Positions 8,539-17,513 of a DNA stretch of 38,010 nt are shown one piece after another. Position numbers and translations under genes: made by a program. Source of the DNA: an uncultured Methanosarcinales archaeon (lineage in GTDB: Archaea; Nanobdellota; Nanobdellia; Woesearchaeales; DSVV01); contig CAZQHZ010000012.1 of assembly GCA_964593285.1 (NCBI GenBank), positions 1-38,010 of the forward strand, in the 5' to 3' direction. Every line of letters starts with the position of its first letter. Positions within the stretch are counted from its first letter, which is position 1. The notes under the pieces were generated by a model. The model did not search any database. It had not been told where the DNA came from and was given only the letters and a program-made list of their open reading frames with translations.

Positions 8539-8857
8539 TGTTGGAAGAATTTGCATAAAAACAGCTGGAAGAGATGCAGGTAACTATTGTATGGTTATTG
8601 AACAATTAGATGATAATTATGTTTTAATTGATGGTTTAACTAGAAGAAAAAAATGTAACATTAAACATTTAGAGCCAACTAAAAAAATTGTTAAAGTAAC
8701 AAAAAATGCAGATACAAAAACAGTATTAGATGCTCTAAAAAATGAAAAAATTACAGTTAAAGAGAAAAAAGAATCAACTAAAGAGAAAAAAGAAAAACAA
8801 CAAAGACCAAAAAAACAAAAAGTTAAACGAGAAAAAGAAGTTAAACAATCTAAGTAA
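8531..8857 (+). CDS. rpl14e: 50S ribosomal protein L14e with Lys/Glu-rich tail
   Basis: VGRICIKTAGRDAG, YVLIDG, RRKKCNIKHLEP. Start at ATG 8531 or 8522. Confidence 0.93.
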   Translation: MYNVGRICIKTAGRDAGNYCMVIEQLDDNYVLIDGLTRRKKCNIKHLEPTKKIVKVTKNADTKTVLDALKNEKITVKEKKESTKEKKEKQQRPKKQKVKREKEVKQSK

Positions 8858-9884
8858 AAAAAGAATCTAATGATTTTTGATTTTTATTATTAAATTTTTT
8901 TAATTTTTCTAATTGTGAATTAATTCTATCAAATGAAGAATCATGATTTTTGCACATAATTTCAATTATTTTATCATAATTTATTTCTTTAAAATCTAAA
9001 CTATAATCGTCTGTAACTTTTGTTTTTTTAAATGCATAAAAAACATCTTGCCATGAAAATTTAAAATGTTCATCCCATTTTATTTCTTTGAATAACTCAT
9101 CAAAATTATTTTTATGTTTTTTTACTAAAATTAATGCTTTTTTTGGACCTATTCCTTTAATGCCACCATAATTATAATCAGTTCCTGTAAGCATTGCAAT
9201 AACTATTAATTGATTTATATCAATACCTAAAAAATTTAAATTTTCAGACAAATTAACTAATTCTATATCTATTGATTTATAAGCTGGAGAATTTGCAATT
9301 TTTTTCTTTTTTGTAATTGATAAATTTCTAATAATTTTTGGAGATTCAAATAATAATGCATCATAGTCTTGTGAAACAACTGCATATGCATCATTTTTTT
9401 TAACCATATGTGCAGCTTGTGCTTCTCCTTCTGATGGTGCTTGAACTATTGGTAAGCCAAATGCTAAAATTAATTCTTTTGCTTCATCTACCATTTCTTT
9501 AGTTAATCTAGAAGTTCGTTTTGCAAATTTGTTCATAAGCGATATGTCTTCTATTTGCTTTGCTTGATCGTATTGTTTTTGTGCATTTATTTTTAATTCT
9601 TTTCGTCTTTCTTGCTCTTTTTGTTTTAAAAGAGGTGGTTTTCCATCAAAAACATAAACTAATTTAATGTTTTTTTCAAGTAAATTAACAGTTCTACTAA
9701 ATAAACCAACTAAATGACTAGTAATGTTGTTATTTGAATCAACTAAAGGAGATCCATCTTGCTGGCGTATTGTTGTTAAAAATTGATATAATATATTATA
9801 TGTATCAATTACAACAATTTTATTATTTAATTGATCTATTTTAAATTCATTTTTTTTTATTAAATTATTAAATTTAACTCCCAT
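8850..9884 (-). CDS. fen: Flap endonuclease 1
   Basis: MGV start, YQFLTTIR, VFDGKPP, APSEGEAQAA, SQDYDALLF, GTDYN, GIGPKKA, C-terminal PIP box QKSLDSFF. Confidence 0.97.
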   Translation of the reverse strand: MGVKFNNLIKKNEFKIDQLNNKIVVIDTYNILYQFLTTIRQQDGSPLVDSNNNITSHLVGLFSRTVNLLEKNIKLVYVFDGKPPLLKQKEQERRKELKINAQKQYDQAKQIEDISLMNKFAKRTSRLTKEMVDEAKELILAFGLPIVQAPSEGEAQAAHMVKKNDAYAVVSQDYDALLFESPKIIRNLSITKKKKIANSPAYKSIDIELVNLSENLNFLGIDINQLIVIAMLTGTDYNYGGIKGIGPKKALILVKKHKNNFDELFKEIKWDEHFKFSWQDVFYAFKKTKVTDDYSLDFKEINYDKIIEIMCKNHDSSFDRINSQLEKLKKFNNKNQKSLDSFFT

Positions 9885-9905
9885 TATAAAAACCTTAATT
9901 TAATT

Positions 9906-10937
9906 TTATAAACCACATACAACAACATTAGTATATTCTTTTTCTAATGATTCTTCAGCTTTTTTCATTAATTCTCCTGAAATTAATAATAAAACAGGTA
10001 ATTTTTTTGTCTGTCCCATTACAAAAATTGATGCAATATCGCTTTCATTTAATTTCTTTTTATTTTTTGCACGACAATAAAATTTAATATCACCAATAGC
10101 AGAAGGTATTTTTAAATAATATTCAAGTTCACTATTTTTTCTAATTAATTTTGAATTTAATACTAAAATATTATTTTTTTCAAAAAAAGATATTGCCTTT
10201 TTATGAAATTCATCATCAATATCATCTTTAAAATTTAATTTTTTTTGTATATTTTCATTATTTTTTTTGAAATTTTTTTCGTTTTCTTTTATTTGTTCAT
10301 TTGATTCTTCATTTGATTTTTCTTTTGTATTATCTTTAATAGAATCTTTTTCTTTTAATTCTTCTATGTTTTCTTCTTGTCTTTCTTGTTGTTTTTCTTG
10401 CTCTTTTTGTTGTTCTTTTAATTCTTCATCATCTTTATTTTTTTGGTTTTGTATTTTTTGTTCTTCATTATTGTTTTCTTGTTTTAAAATATCAGAATTT
10501 GAAAAATATCTTTTTTTAATTATTTCTTCTGTATCTTTTAGTGAAAGTAAAAACCATTTCCAAAATAATTTTTCAGAATTATTTATTGTAACTTTAATTG
10601 GCTGTGCAAAATCTTTTATTTGTCTTAGTGAAAACCGTAAAAGAGGTGTTTGTTCTTCATCTAATAAAACTAATTTATGTTTTAATAAATCATATGCTTG
10701 TTTATCTTTTTCATTTAAATAATTTGAATAATTAACTAGTTTATAGTTTTGTTCTAAAACATAATATAGAGGGCTTGTTCCAACTTTTAAATTTGAAACA
10801 CATAATTTTTTTGATTTAACTAGTTCTGATAAAAATGCACCAATAATTATAGTATTTTGATTAAAATTTTTTGTTAATTGAGCTGGAACACTAGGGCCAT
10901 TATATTTTATAAATTCTACAATCTTTTCTTTATCCAT
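9906..10937 (-). CDS. Hypothetical protein (HTH-like N-terminus, Glu/Lys/Asn-rich linker, alpha/beta C-terminal domain)
   Basis: 343-aa ORF co-oriented between endA and fen; low-complexity charged centre. Confidence 0.75.
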   Translation of the reverse strand: MDKEKIVEFIKYNGPSVPAQLTKNFNQNTIIIGAFLSELVKSKKLCVSNLKVGTSPLYYVLEQNYKLVNYSNYLNEKDKQAYDLLKHKLVLLDEEQTPLLRFSLRQIKDFAQPIKVTINNSEKLFWKWFLLSLKDTEEIIKKRYFSNSDILKQENNNEEQKIQNQKNKDDEELKEQQKEQEKQQERQEENIEELKEKDSIKDNTKEKSNEESNEQIKENEKNFKKNNENIQKKLNFKDDIDDEFHKKAISFFEKNNILVLNSKLIRKNSELEYYLKIPSAIGDIKFYCRAKNKKKLNESDIASIFVMGQTKKLPVLLLISGELMKKAEESLEKEYTNVVVCGL

Positions 10938-10961
10938 TTTTTAATCACAAAATAATTTAGT

Positions 10962-11498
10962 TTAGGGTTTAATCCATCTAGATTCCCAATAACTAACATC
11001 ACCCTCACAATCAACAACTGCAAGTAATAAACGTTTTTTTGTAGAATGCGCTACTCTATTTTTTGCAGAAAATTCATGCCATGTTAAAATTGATGTTTCA
11101 CTTACTGCAAAAACAACCCATTTTGCATGATCTTCACCAGGTTTTACTCCTCTATCATAAACTCTAAAGTCTGCTCCAAATTTTAATGCAGTTTTTACAA
11201 TATATCCTCTATCTCGTAAATCTTTAAAAACAAAAAATTTTGTCCAAAATAATTTATCTTTTCGTAAAACTTTTTTTAAAAATAAATCTTCATTTACTTC
11301 TTTATTTTTTAAATCAAATATTTTTATCTTTTTTTTTTGTAATAAATAAAAAGCTTCAATGAAAGATAATTCAATTTTTTTACTTTCATTAATAAAGCCA
11401 AAAACATTTTTATTATATAATTCTCTTGCTAAATCACTATCATTAGTTATTACATTTTCTTTTAAAAAAAAAGCATCTACAATTTTTTTTTCTACCAT
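10962..11498 (-). CDS. endA: tRNA-intron (splicing) endonuclease, single catalytic unit
   Basis: LSFIEAFYL, DLRDRGYIVKTALKFGADFRVY, catalytic Tyr/His/Lys (VY...EDHA...STKK). Confidence 0.95.
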   Translation of the reverse strand: MVEKKIVDAFFLKENVITNDSDLARELYNKNVFGFINESKKIELSFIEAFYLLQKKKIKIFDLKNKEVNEDLFLKKVLRKDKLFWTKFFVFKDLRDRGYIVKTALKFGADFRVYDRGVKPGEDHAKWVVFAVSETSILTWHEFSAKNRVAHSTKKRLLLAVVDCEGDVSYWESRWIKP

Positions 11499-11639
11499 TT
11501 ATTTAAAGAACAAAATACCATATTTAAAAGTTTTCAATTAAAAATAAATTTTTTGATTTATTTTCTATATAGAAAATAAATGTTTTTCTTTTTTAAAAAT
11601 AACACAATTATTAAATAATAAAGTTGCTTTCAAAAAATT

Positions 11640-12530
11640 ATGCAAATAATATTTTTAGGAACTTCTTCAATGGTTCCAACAAAAGATAGAAACCATTTTT
11701 CTTTTTTTATAAAATATAATGAAGAAGGGATGCTTTTTGATTGTGGTGAAGGTACACAAAGACAACTTAGAATTGCAAAAATTAAACCAACTAGTATTAC
11801 AAAAATTTTTATTTCACATTTTCATGGAGATCATGTTTTAGGACTTCCTGGATTAATTCAAACAATGAGTGCTTCTCAATATGAACAAACATTAGAAATA
11901 TATGGTCCTGTTGGATTAAAAAAATTTATGAAAAAAATGTATGAATTGTTTATTTTTGATAATAAATTACAAATTAAATTACATGAAATAAAAAAAATAA
12001 ACTTTTTAGATTTACCAAAATATAGCATAAAAGCCTACAAATTAGATCATAGTGTTAAATGTCTTGGTTATAAATTTATTGAAAAAGATAAAATTAGAAT
12101 AAATTCTAAAAAAGCACAATCCTTTGGATTAAAAGAAGGGCCTTTACTTGGAAGATTACTACTGGATAAAAAAATTGTTGTTGATAATAAAACAATATAC
12201 TCTAAAGATTTAACATATAAAACACAAGGTAGAATTGTTGGTTTTATTGCAGACACTGCCATGGTTAATAATTGCTTGAAAATTGCAGATAATTGTGATA
12301 TTTTAATATCTGAAGCAACGCACACTTCAAAACACATAGAAAAGGCAGAAAAATATAAACATTTAACCTCAAAGCAAGTTGGATTTATTGCAAATGATTG
12401 TAATGTAAAAAAATTAATACTCACACATTTCTCACAAAGATATAAAGATATTAATGAATTAATAGATGAAGCAAAAGATATTTTCCCAAATACAATTGCT
12501 GCGTATGATTTTTTAAAAATTAATCTTTAA
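11640..12530 (+). CDS. rnz: Ribonuclease Z
   Basis: FLGTS, FDCGEGTQRQ, SHFHGDHVLG, ADT, SEAT, LTHFSQRY, GP-type exosite. Confidence 0.96.
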   Translation: MQIIFLGTSSMVPTKDRNHFSFFIKYNEEGMLFDCGEGTQRQLRIAKIKPTSITKIFISHFHGDHVLGLPGLIQTMSASQYEQTLEIYGPVGLKKFMKKMYELFIFDNKLQIKLHEIKKINFLDLPKYSIKAYKLDHSVKCLGYKFIEKDKIRINSKKAQSFGLKEGPLLGRLLLDKKIVVDNKTIYSKDLTYKTQGRIVGFIADTAMVNNCLKIADNCDILISEATHTSKHIEKAEKYKHLTSKQVGFIANDCNVKKLILTHFSQRYKDINELIDEAKDIFPNTIAAYDFLKINL

Positions 12531-12533
12531 AAT

Positions 12534-12743
12534 TTATTTTTTTGCTGCAAGCTTTATATCTGTTGCTTTTACTGTTTTTCGTCCAGCATGCATTGCATAT
12601 TTTACAGCATCGTGTGCTATTTCTTCTGCAATATCTTCAATGGCATTTTTTAGTGCTTCTTTAGCTTTATCTGAAACCCTTTGTGCACCAACATTTTTCA
12701 TAACTTTTTCCATTGAAGCTAGAGGAATTAATCTTTTTGACAT
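12534..12743 (-). CDS. Archaeal histone (HMf-like)
   Basis: IPLA...GAQRVS...HAGRKTVKATDI histone-fold signature; AGGTGA Shine-Dalgarno upstream. Confidence 0.95.
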   Translation of the reverse strand: MSKRLIPLASMEKVMKNVGAQRVSDKAKEALKNAIEDIAEEIAHDAVKYAMHAGRKTVKATDIKLAAKK

Positions 12744-12868
12744 TTTAAATCACCTTAATAAACTTTAATACTAAGAAACTTATTATTTATATAAATATTT
12801 TGATTTTAAAAAAAAATATATACAAAAAAATAAATAATTAAATAAAACAAGCTTTTTCTTTAATTAAA

Positions 12869-13255
12869 ATGAATAAAAAAGCTAAAGGAAGCGATGCTGA
12901 ACGAAATTTAGTTCATATGTTTTGGAATACTAAAATTTGGGTTGCTCATAGAATTGCAGGTTCTGGTTCATCAAAATATCCAAGTCCAGATTTAATTGCA
13001 AGTAACAATATACGAAAATTAGCAATTGAATGTAAATCTAGCTCAAAAAAAATAATTTATATTCCAAAAAATGAAATATTACAATTACAAAAATTTGGTA
13101 AAATGTTTGGTGCTGAAGTTTGGCTTGCTTTTAAATTTTTAAAAGAAGAATGGTTATTTACAACTATTGATAATATGAAAGAAACAAATTCATCTTATTG
13201 TATAAAAAAAGAAGAAATTAAACAAAATGGATTATTGTTTGAAGAATTAATATGA
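12869..13255 (+). CDS. hjc: Holliday junction resolvase Hjc
   Basis: KGSDAER, RIAGSG, PDLIA, IECKS nuclease motifs. Confidence 0.93.
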   Translation: MNKKAKGSDAERNLVHMFWNTKIWVAHRIAGSGSSKYPSPDLIASNNIRKLAIECKSSSKKIIYIPKNEILQLQKFGKMFGAEVWLAFKFLKEEWLFTTIDNMKETNSSYCIKKEEIKQNGLLFEELI

Positions 13256-14161
13256 AAGCCAAGGATAACTTCGTTCAACTACTTCAACAAAAGTTGAAGG
13301 TCTATAAATACCAAGTTCTGAAATAATTCCTGAAATTTTTGAAGGTTCTATAAAATCAAATGCGGGATTGCATATCTTAACATTTTTTGGACATTTTTCC
13401 CAAATTTCATTACTACAACGATTTTCTATTTTTTCATCCTCTCCAAAAATAGTTTTAGGATCAAATTTCCAAGAATTCATACAACAATAAACAGGAATTC
13501 CTAATTTAAATGCAATTTCTGCAAACATTAAAGAACCTATTTTATTAATAACTCTTCCATCTGATTGTATTGCATCTGCACCAATTAAAACAATGTCTGC
13601 TTTTTTTAATGCAAACATAGCTGCTGAATCTATATAATGCGTTACTAAAATATTACTTTTTGATAATTCAAGTGCAGTTTTCCTACCTTGAAATAATGGT
13701 CTTGTTTCGGTATTGTGAACTTCAAAATTAATTTTTCTTTTTTTTGCATTAATTAAAATATCAACAACTGTAGAAGAATGGCAATGAGTAAATACAATAT
13801 AACTTTTTTTTATTTTTTTAGAACCAACTTCTATTATTTTTTTTTTTGAATCAGAAAAATGAGTTAAAACTACATTTATTCTTTTATTTAATTCATTTGT
13901 AAAATCTTTAATACTATTAGAATTTTTTACAGATATACTATTTAAAATAAAATTTAAACTATTTCTCATTGCAGGTTCTGTTGGTCTTGTTAAAATAAGT
14001 TGTTTTATTGCAACATTTAATTCTTTATTTAAATTTTCAATAGAAGTTGCTTTTGAATTTTTCAAAACTAATTTTAAAGATTTAACAGCTTCAATTGCAA
14101 TATTTTCTGCACCTTGAATTTTTAATGATTTTATATCTTTTAAGACTTTTTGAAACGACAT
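13247..14161 (-). CDS. Ribose-1,5-bisphosphate isomerase (eIF2B-like family)
   Basis: IQGA, TRPTEPAMRN, THCHS (catalytic Cys), ETRP, GADAI (catalytic Asp), NKIG, NPAFD. Confidence 0.85.
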   Translation of the reverse strand: MSFQKVLKDIKSLKIQGAENIAIEAVKSLKLVLKNSKATSIENLNKELNVAIKQLILTRPTEPAMRNSLNFILNSISVKNSNSIKDFTNELNKRINVVLTHFSDSKKKIIEVGSKKIKKSYIVFTHCHSSTVVDILINAKKRKINFEVHNTETRPLFQGRKTALELSKSNILVTHYIDSAAMFALKKADIVLIGADAIQSDGRVINKIGSLMFAEIAFKLGIPVYCCMNSWKFDPKTIFGEDEKIENRCSNEIWEKCPKNVKICNPAFDFIEPSKISGIISELGIYRPSTFVEVVERSYPWLSY

Positions 14162-14206
14162 TAAAATTCACCAATTATAAAAAAATATATAAAAATCTAA
14201 AAAAAA

Positions 14207-14485
14207 TTATCTTCTTTTAGATTTTTTTTTTGTTTTTGTTGCTACTTTACTTACTTTCTTTTTACTACCTAATTTTTTTTTAACTTCGTTTAATTCTTTT
14301 TCAATATTAAATTCTTCATCTAATATTTTTTTTTCATCTTTTACTAATTTTAAGACTATTTTTTCAAGATGTAGCTCCATTCGTGCAATTCTTCTCTCCA
14401 TTATAACAACATATCTCAAACTAATAATAATAGCAGCAAGTGTACCTACAACAATTGAAGCCAAAACATAAAGAAATGAATCCAT
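14207..14485 (-). CDS. Small membrane protein (one TM, coiled coil, Lys-rich tail)
   Basis: GGAGGT Shine-Dalgarno 9 nt before ATG 14485 (ORF track uses TTG 14491); N-terminal hydrophobic helix; tail KTKKKSKRR. Confidence 0.75.
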   Translation of the reverse strand: MDSFLYVLASIVVGTLAAIIISLRYVVIMERRIARMELHLEKIVLKLVKDEKKILDEEFNIEKELNEVKKKLGSKKKVSKVATKTKKKSKRR

Positions 14486-14944
14486 TTTCAAATTACCTCC
14501 TTTTTAAAATTTATTTAATTTAATATAATAATTATTTAATTTATATTTAACTATAAAAAACTTTCTTTTTACTAATAAATAAAAAAACTTTATTATTAAG
14601 TTTTTATTACAAATAATGCTTTTTAAAAATTCATAAAATTTTATATATAATATATTTATTTTTTAACAAATAAAATATTATTAACAATAATAAATATACA
14701 TATTTTATTTAGTTTATATTTATAATTTATTAAAACTTTATATAATATCGCTACTTTAATACATGAATAGATTAGAGTAAATTTATATTTTATAAATAAT
14801 AAATTTTGAAAATTTTGAAAAGCGAAGTGCTAGCGAATGAACAAATAAATTCATGTTAAATAAAAATCAACTGAAAAGAGAAGTGTAATGTCAAAAGTGA
14901 TCTAAGCGAGGGTAGAGTTACAAAATTTTTTTTTATATTATGTC

Positions 14945-15379
14945 TTATTTTGTTTTCATTAATTTAAACCAATCAGAAGATGATTTCTGAAATAATAAAA
15001 CAAGTGCAACTATTTGTAATATGGTTTGACCTATAGCAATAATTCCAGAAATTGGATTTGCCATTAATGATTGTACTAAAGGTAAAATTGAAAAAGGAAT
15101 GCCTATTATAAATAAAACTAAAAATATAATTCTAGCCCAATTTTTGCCTTTTCCAATCATGTAAATGAAGAAAGATATGATTGCTAAACTAATAAATGCT
15201 GTAAAAATTACAAATCCTATAGCTAAACCAAAATAAAAACCTTGTTCAATTAAAACTTCTAATGTATTTGGCAGTTCAATAATACTTCGTATTATCCCAA
15301 CTACAATAGTTATCCAAAGTAATTTAACAGCAATAGAAACTTTATTAGGTCGAACTATATTATTTTCATTTTGTATCAT
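14945..15379 (-). CDS. Hypothetical four-TM membrane protein
   Basis: 144-aa hydrophobic ORF with GKNWARI and C-terminal SSDWF motifs seen in small membrane families. Confidence 0.75.
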   Translation of the reverse strand: MIQNENNIVRPNKVSIAVKLLWITIVVGIIRSIIELPNTLEVLIEQGFYFGLAIGFVIFTAFISLAIISFFIYMIGKGKNWARIIFLVLFIIGIPFSILPLVQSLMANPISGIIAIGQTILQIVALVLLFQKSSSDWFKLMKTK

Positions 15380-15467
15380 TATAAAATTATATTTATTGAT
15401 ATAATATAAAAAAGTTTCTATTCTAAAAATAATTTTTTAATTTTTTTTAAATTATTATTTAAAAAAT

Positions 15468-15496
15468 GACCATCACACCATGATTTCCTATGGAGA
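15468..15496 (-). promoter_or_regulatory. ORB-like box A
   Basis: Minus strand reads TCTCCATAGGAAATCATGGTGTGATGGTC: TCCAnnGGAAA core plus G-rich tail. Confidence 0.65.
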
Positions 15497-16045
15497 TTTT
15501 TTTTAAAAAAATAAAAAGCTAAAAAAAAAGTAAAAAAAATTCTTTATTAAATAAACATTACATTTAATTAACAAAATAAATATACTTAATTAATAGAATT
15601 TAAAAAAAAATATATTAAAAAAAAAATATATATATATGTATAAATAATAAATAATAAAAAATAAATATATTTTAATTATAATATATAAGAAATTAATATA
15701 ATTTATCACAATAATATTATATTTAAATTATTATAACAAAATTAAGCATATAAAAAATAAAATTAATAAAAATATAATAATAATGTAATAATAATAAAAA
15801 CAAAATATTTAATTATATAAAAAAAAAAGTAATAATAAAATAAAAAAATTATTTTTTAAAAAAGATATTGAAAAAAATAATAATAAATAAATATTAAAAA
15901 AATTTAATTATATAAAAATAAAAATATTATATTTTAATTTATTTTTTTTTTAATAAAAATAAATATTCATATTATTTTTAATAATGTTAATTTATAATAA
16001 TAATATAATATTTGATTTATTAAATATATATAATATAATAAAAAT

Positions 16046-16067
16046 AAACCTTTATTTCTAATAGAAC
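16046..16067 (-). promoter_or_regulatory. ORB-like box B (degenerate)
   Basis: Minus strand reads GTTCTATTAGAAATAAAGGTTT. Confidence 0.55.
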
Positions 16068-16206
16068 TTTTTTTCTTATGGAATTATATTTATTTATTTA
16101 TTTTCTATATGGAAAATAATTAATTAATTAATAATATTTTTTTTATTGACTATTTTTATTATATTTATTTATTTTATTGATATATTTTATTTTTTTTTTT
16201 TATTTT

Positions 16207-16233
16207 GTTCCAATGGAAATTAAAGGGTCTGTG
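16207..16233 (+). promoter_or_regulatory. ORB box C (best match to consensus)
   Basis: GTTCCAATGGAAATTAAAGGGTCTGTG, close to the euryarchaeal ORB pattern GTTCCAnTGGAAAnnnnGGG. Confidence 0.8.
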
Positions 16234-16240
16234 TTTTTTT

Positions 16241-16260
16241 AAATTCAAAATATTTATAAA
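16241..16260 (+). promoter_or_regulatory. BRE/TATA promoter of cdc6 operon
   Basis: CAAAA-TATTTATAAA ending 24 nt before the cdc6 ATG, suggesting a nearly leaderless transcript. Confidence 0.55.
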
Positions 16261-16279
16261 CCTTTGTTTCTTTTGGAAT
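16258..16279 (-). promoter_or_regulatory. ORB-like box D between cdc6 TATA and start codon
   Basis: Minus strand reads ATTCCAAAAGAAACAAAGGTTT; imperfect direct repeat of box B. Confidence 0.55.
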
Positions 16280-16283
16280 TATT

Positions 16284-17495
16284 ATGAAAAAGAAATCTTT
16301 AACTGGTTTTTTTGAGGCTTTTTTAGATAAAGAACCTATTTTTAAAAATAAAAGAGTTTTAGAAGAAAATTATGAACCTGAAAAAATTGAACATAGAGAA
16401 GATCAAATTAATCAAATAGCAAATATTTTAGCTCCTGCATTAAGATTCGAAAAACCATCTAATATTTTTTTATATGGAAAAACTGGTACTGGAAAAACTT
16501 TATGTGCAAAACATACAACTTTAAAATTATTAGAAGTTGCAAATTCTAAAGATATTCCTCTTAGGGTTATTTATTTAAACTGTAAATTAAAAAGAGTTGC
16601 AGATACAGAATATAGATTAATTGCTCAATTAATAAGTGATTTAGGTATTGATATTCCTGCAACTGGTCTTCCAACTGATGAAGTATATAAAGTTTTTATA
16701 AGATTACTTGAGAAAAAAAAAATGTTTTTGATTTTAATTTTAGATGAAATTGATCAATTAGTTAAAAAAAGTGGAGATGGAATTGTTTATAATTTAACTA
16801 GAATTAATTCTGAATTAAAAAATAGTCAAATCACATTTATTGGTGTTTCAAATGATCCTTTGTTTGTTGATAATATTGATTCTAGAATCAAATCTTCTTT
16901 AAGTGAAGAGGATATTATTTTTCCAACATACAATGCTTTGCAGCTTCAAGATATTTTAAAAAAAAGAGCAAAAGCAGCTTTTATGGAAAATATAATTGAT
17001 TCTGGTGTTTTAGAAAAATGTGCTGCATATGCTGCACGTGATCATGGCGATGCAAGAAGAGCTTTACAATTATTGAGAGTTGCAGGGGAGCTATGTGAGA
17101 GAGATAATTCATGTAAATTAGAATTAAAATATTTAGATTTAGCTGAACAAAAAATAGAAAAAGATAAAGTTAGTGATATTATAAGTACACAGCCAAAACA
17201 ACATCATGCAACATTATATTCAATTATTTTTTTATGGCAAAAAAGAAAAGAAGCTATTTCAACTGGTGAAGTTTATAATTTTTATAAAGAAATATGTGAA
17301 AAGGTTAGTTTAAGGCCCTTAACTCAAAGAAGATTATCAGATATAATTTCAGAACTTGATATGCTTGGTGTAATTAATGCTGATGTTATTTCAAAAGGTA
17401 GATTTGGAAGAACAAAAGAAATATATTTATGTATCCCACAATCTAATATTTTAATAATAAAATCAATGCTTGAAAAAGCTCTTGATTTAAAATAA
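16284..17495 (+). CDS. cdc6: Orc1/Cdc6 replication initiator
   Basis: Walker A GKTGTGKT, YLNC, Walker B LDEID, HGDARRA, wHTH with ELDMLG and SKGRFGRT. Confidence 0.97.
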   Translation: MKKKSLTGFFEAFLDKEPIFKNKRVLEENYEPEKIEHREDQINQIANILAPALRFEKPSNIFLYGKTGTGKTLCAKHTTLKLLEVANSKDIPLRVIYLNCKLKRVADTEYRLIAQLISDLGIDIPATGLPTDEVYKVFIRLLEKKKMFLILILDEIDQLVKKSGDGIVYNLTRINSELKNSQITFIGVSNDPLFVDNIDSRIKSSLSEEDIIFPTYNALQLQDILKKRAKAAFMENIIDSGVLEKCAAYAARDHGDARRALQLLRVAGELCERDNSCKLELKYLDLAEQKIEKDKVSDIISTQPKQHHATLYSIIFLWQKRKEAISTGEVYNFYKEICEKVSLRPLTQRRLSDIISELDMLGVINADVISKGRFGRTKEIYLCIPQSNILIIKSMLEKALDLK

Positions 17496-17513
17496 ATTTA
17501 TATAATTTTTAAA

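Larger units (their letters stand above)
15468..16279. other. Probable chromosomal replication origin (oriC): ORB boxes plus long AT-rich region
   Basis: Non-coding and nearly G/C-free, immediately upstream of cdc6. Four ORB-like boxes. Gene orientation is mostly minus on the left and almost all plus on the right. Confidence 0.82.

Noticed and set aside
10267..10722. 151-aa plus-strand ORF rich in Phe/Ser/Cys
   Set aside because: Antisense shadow of the Glu/Lys-rich linker of 9906..10937.
13247..14161. Translation factor eIF2B subunit or methylthioribose-1-phosphate isomerase
   Set aside because: THCHS and RPTEP motifs with catalytic Cys/Asp fit R15P isomerase better; MtnA typically has THCNxG.
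14837..14874. Possible C/D-box sRNA (ATGAACA...CTGA)
   Set aside because: Poor match to box C (RUGAUGA) and no clear C'/D' boxes; kept only as an unexplained patch.
15500..16200. CRISPR array or satellite in the long intergenic region
   Set aside because: No regularly spaced conserved repeat; only low-complexity A/T tracts.
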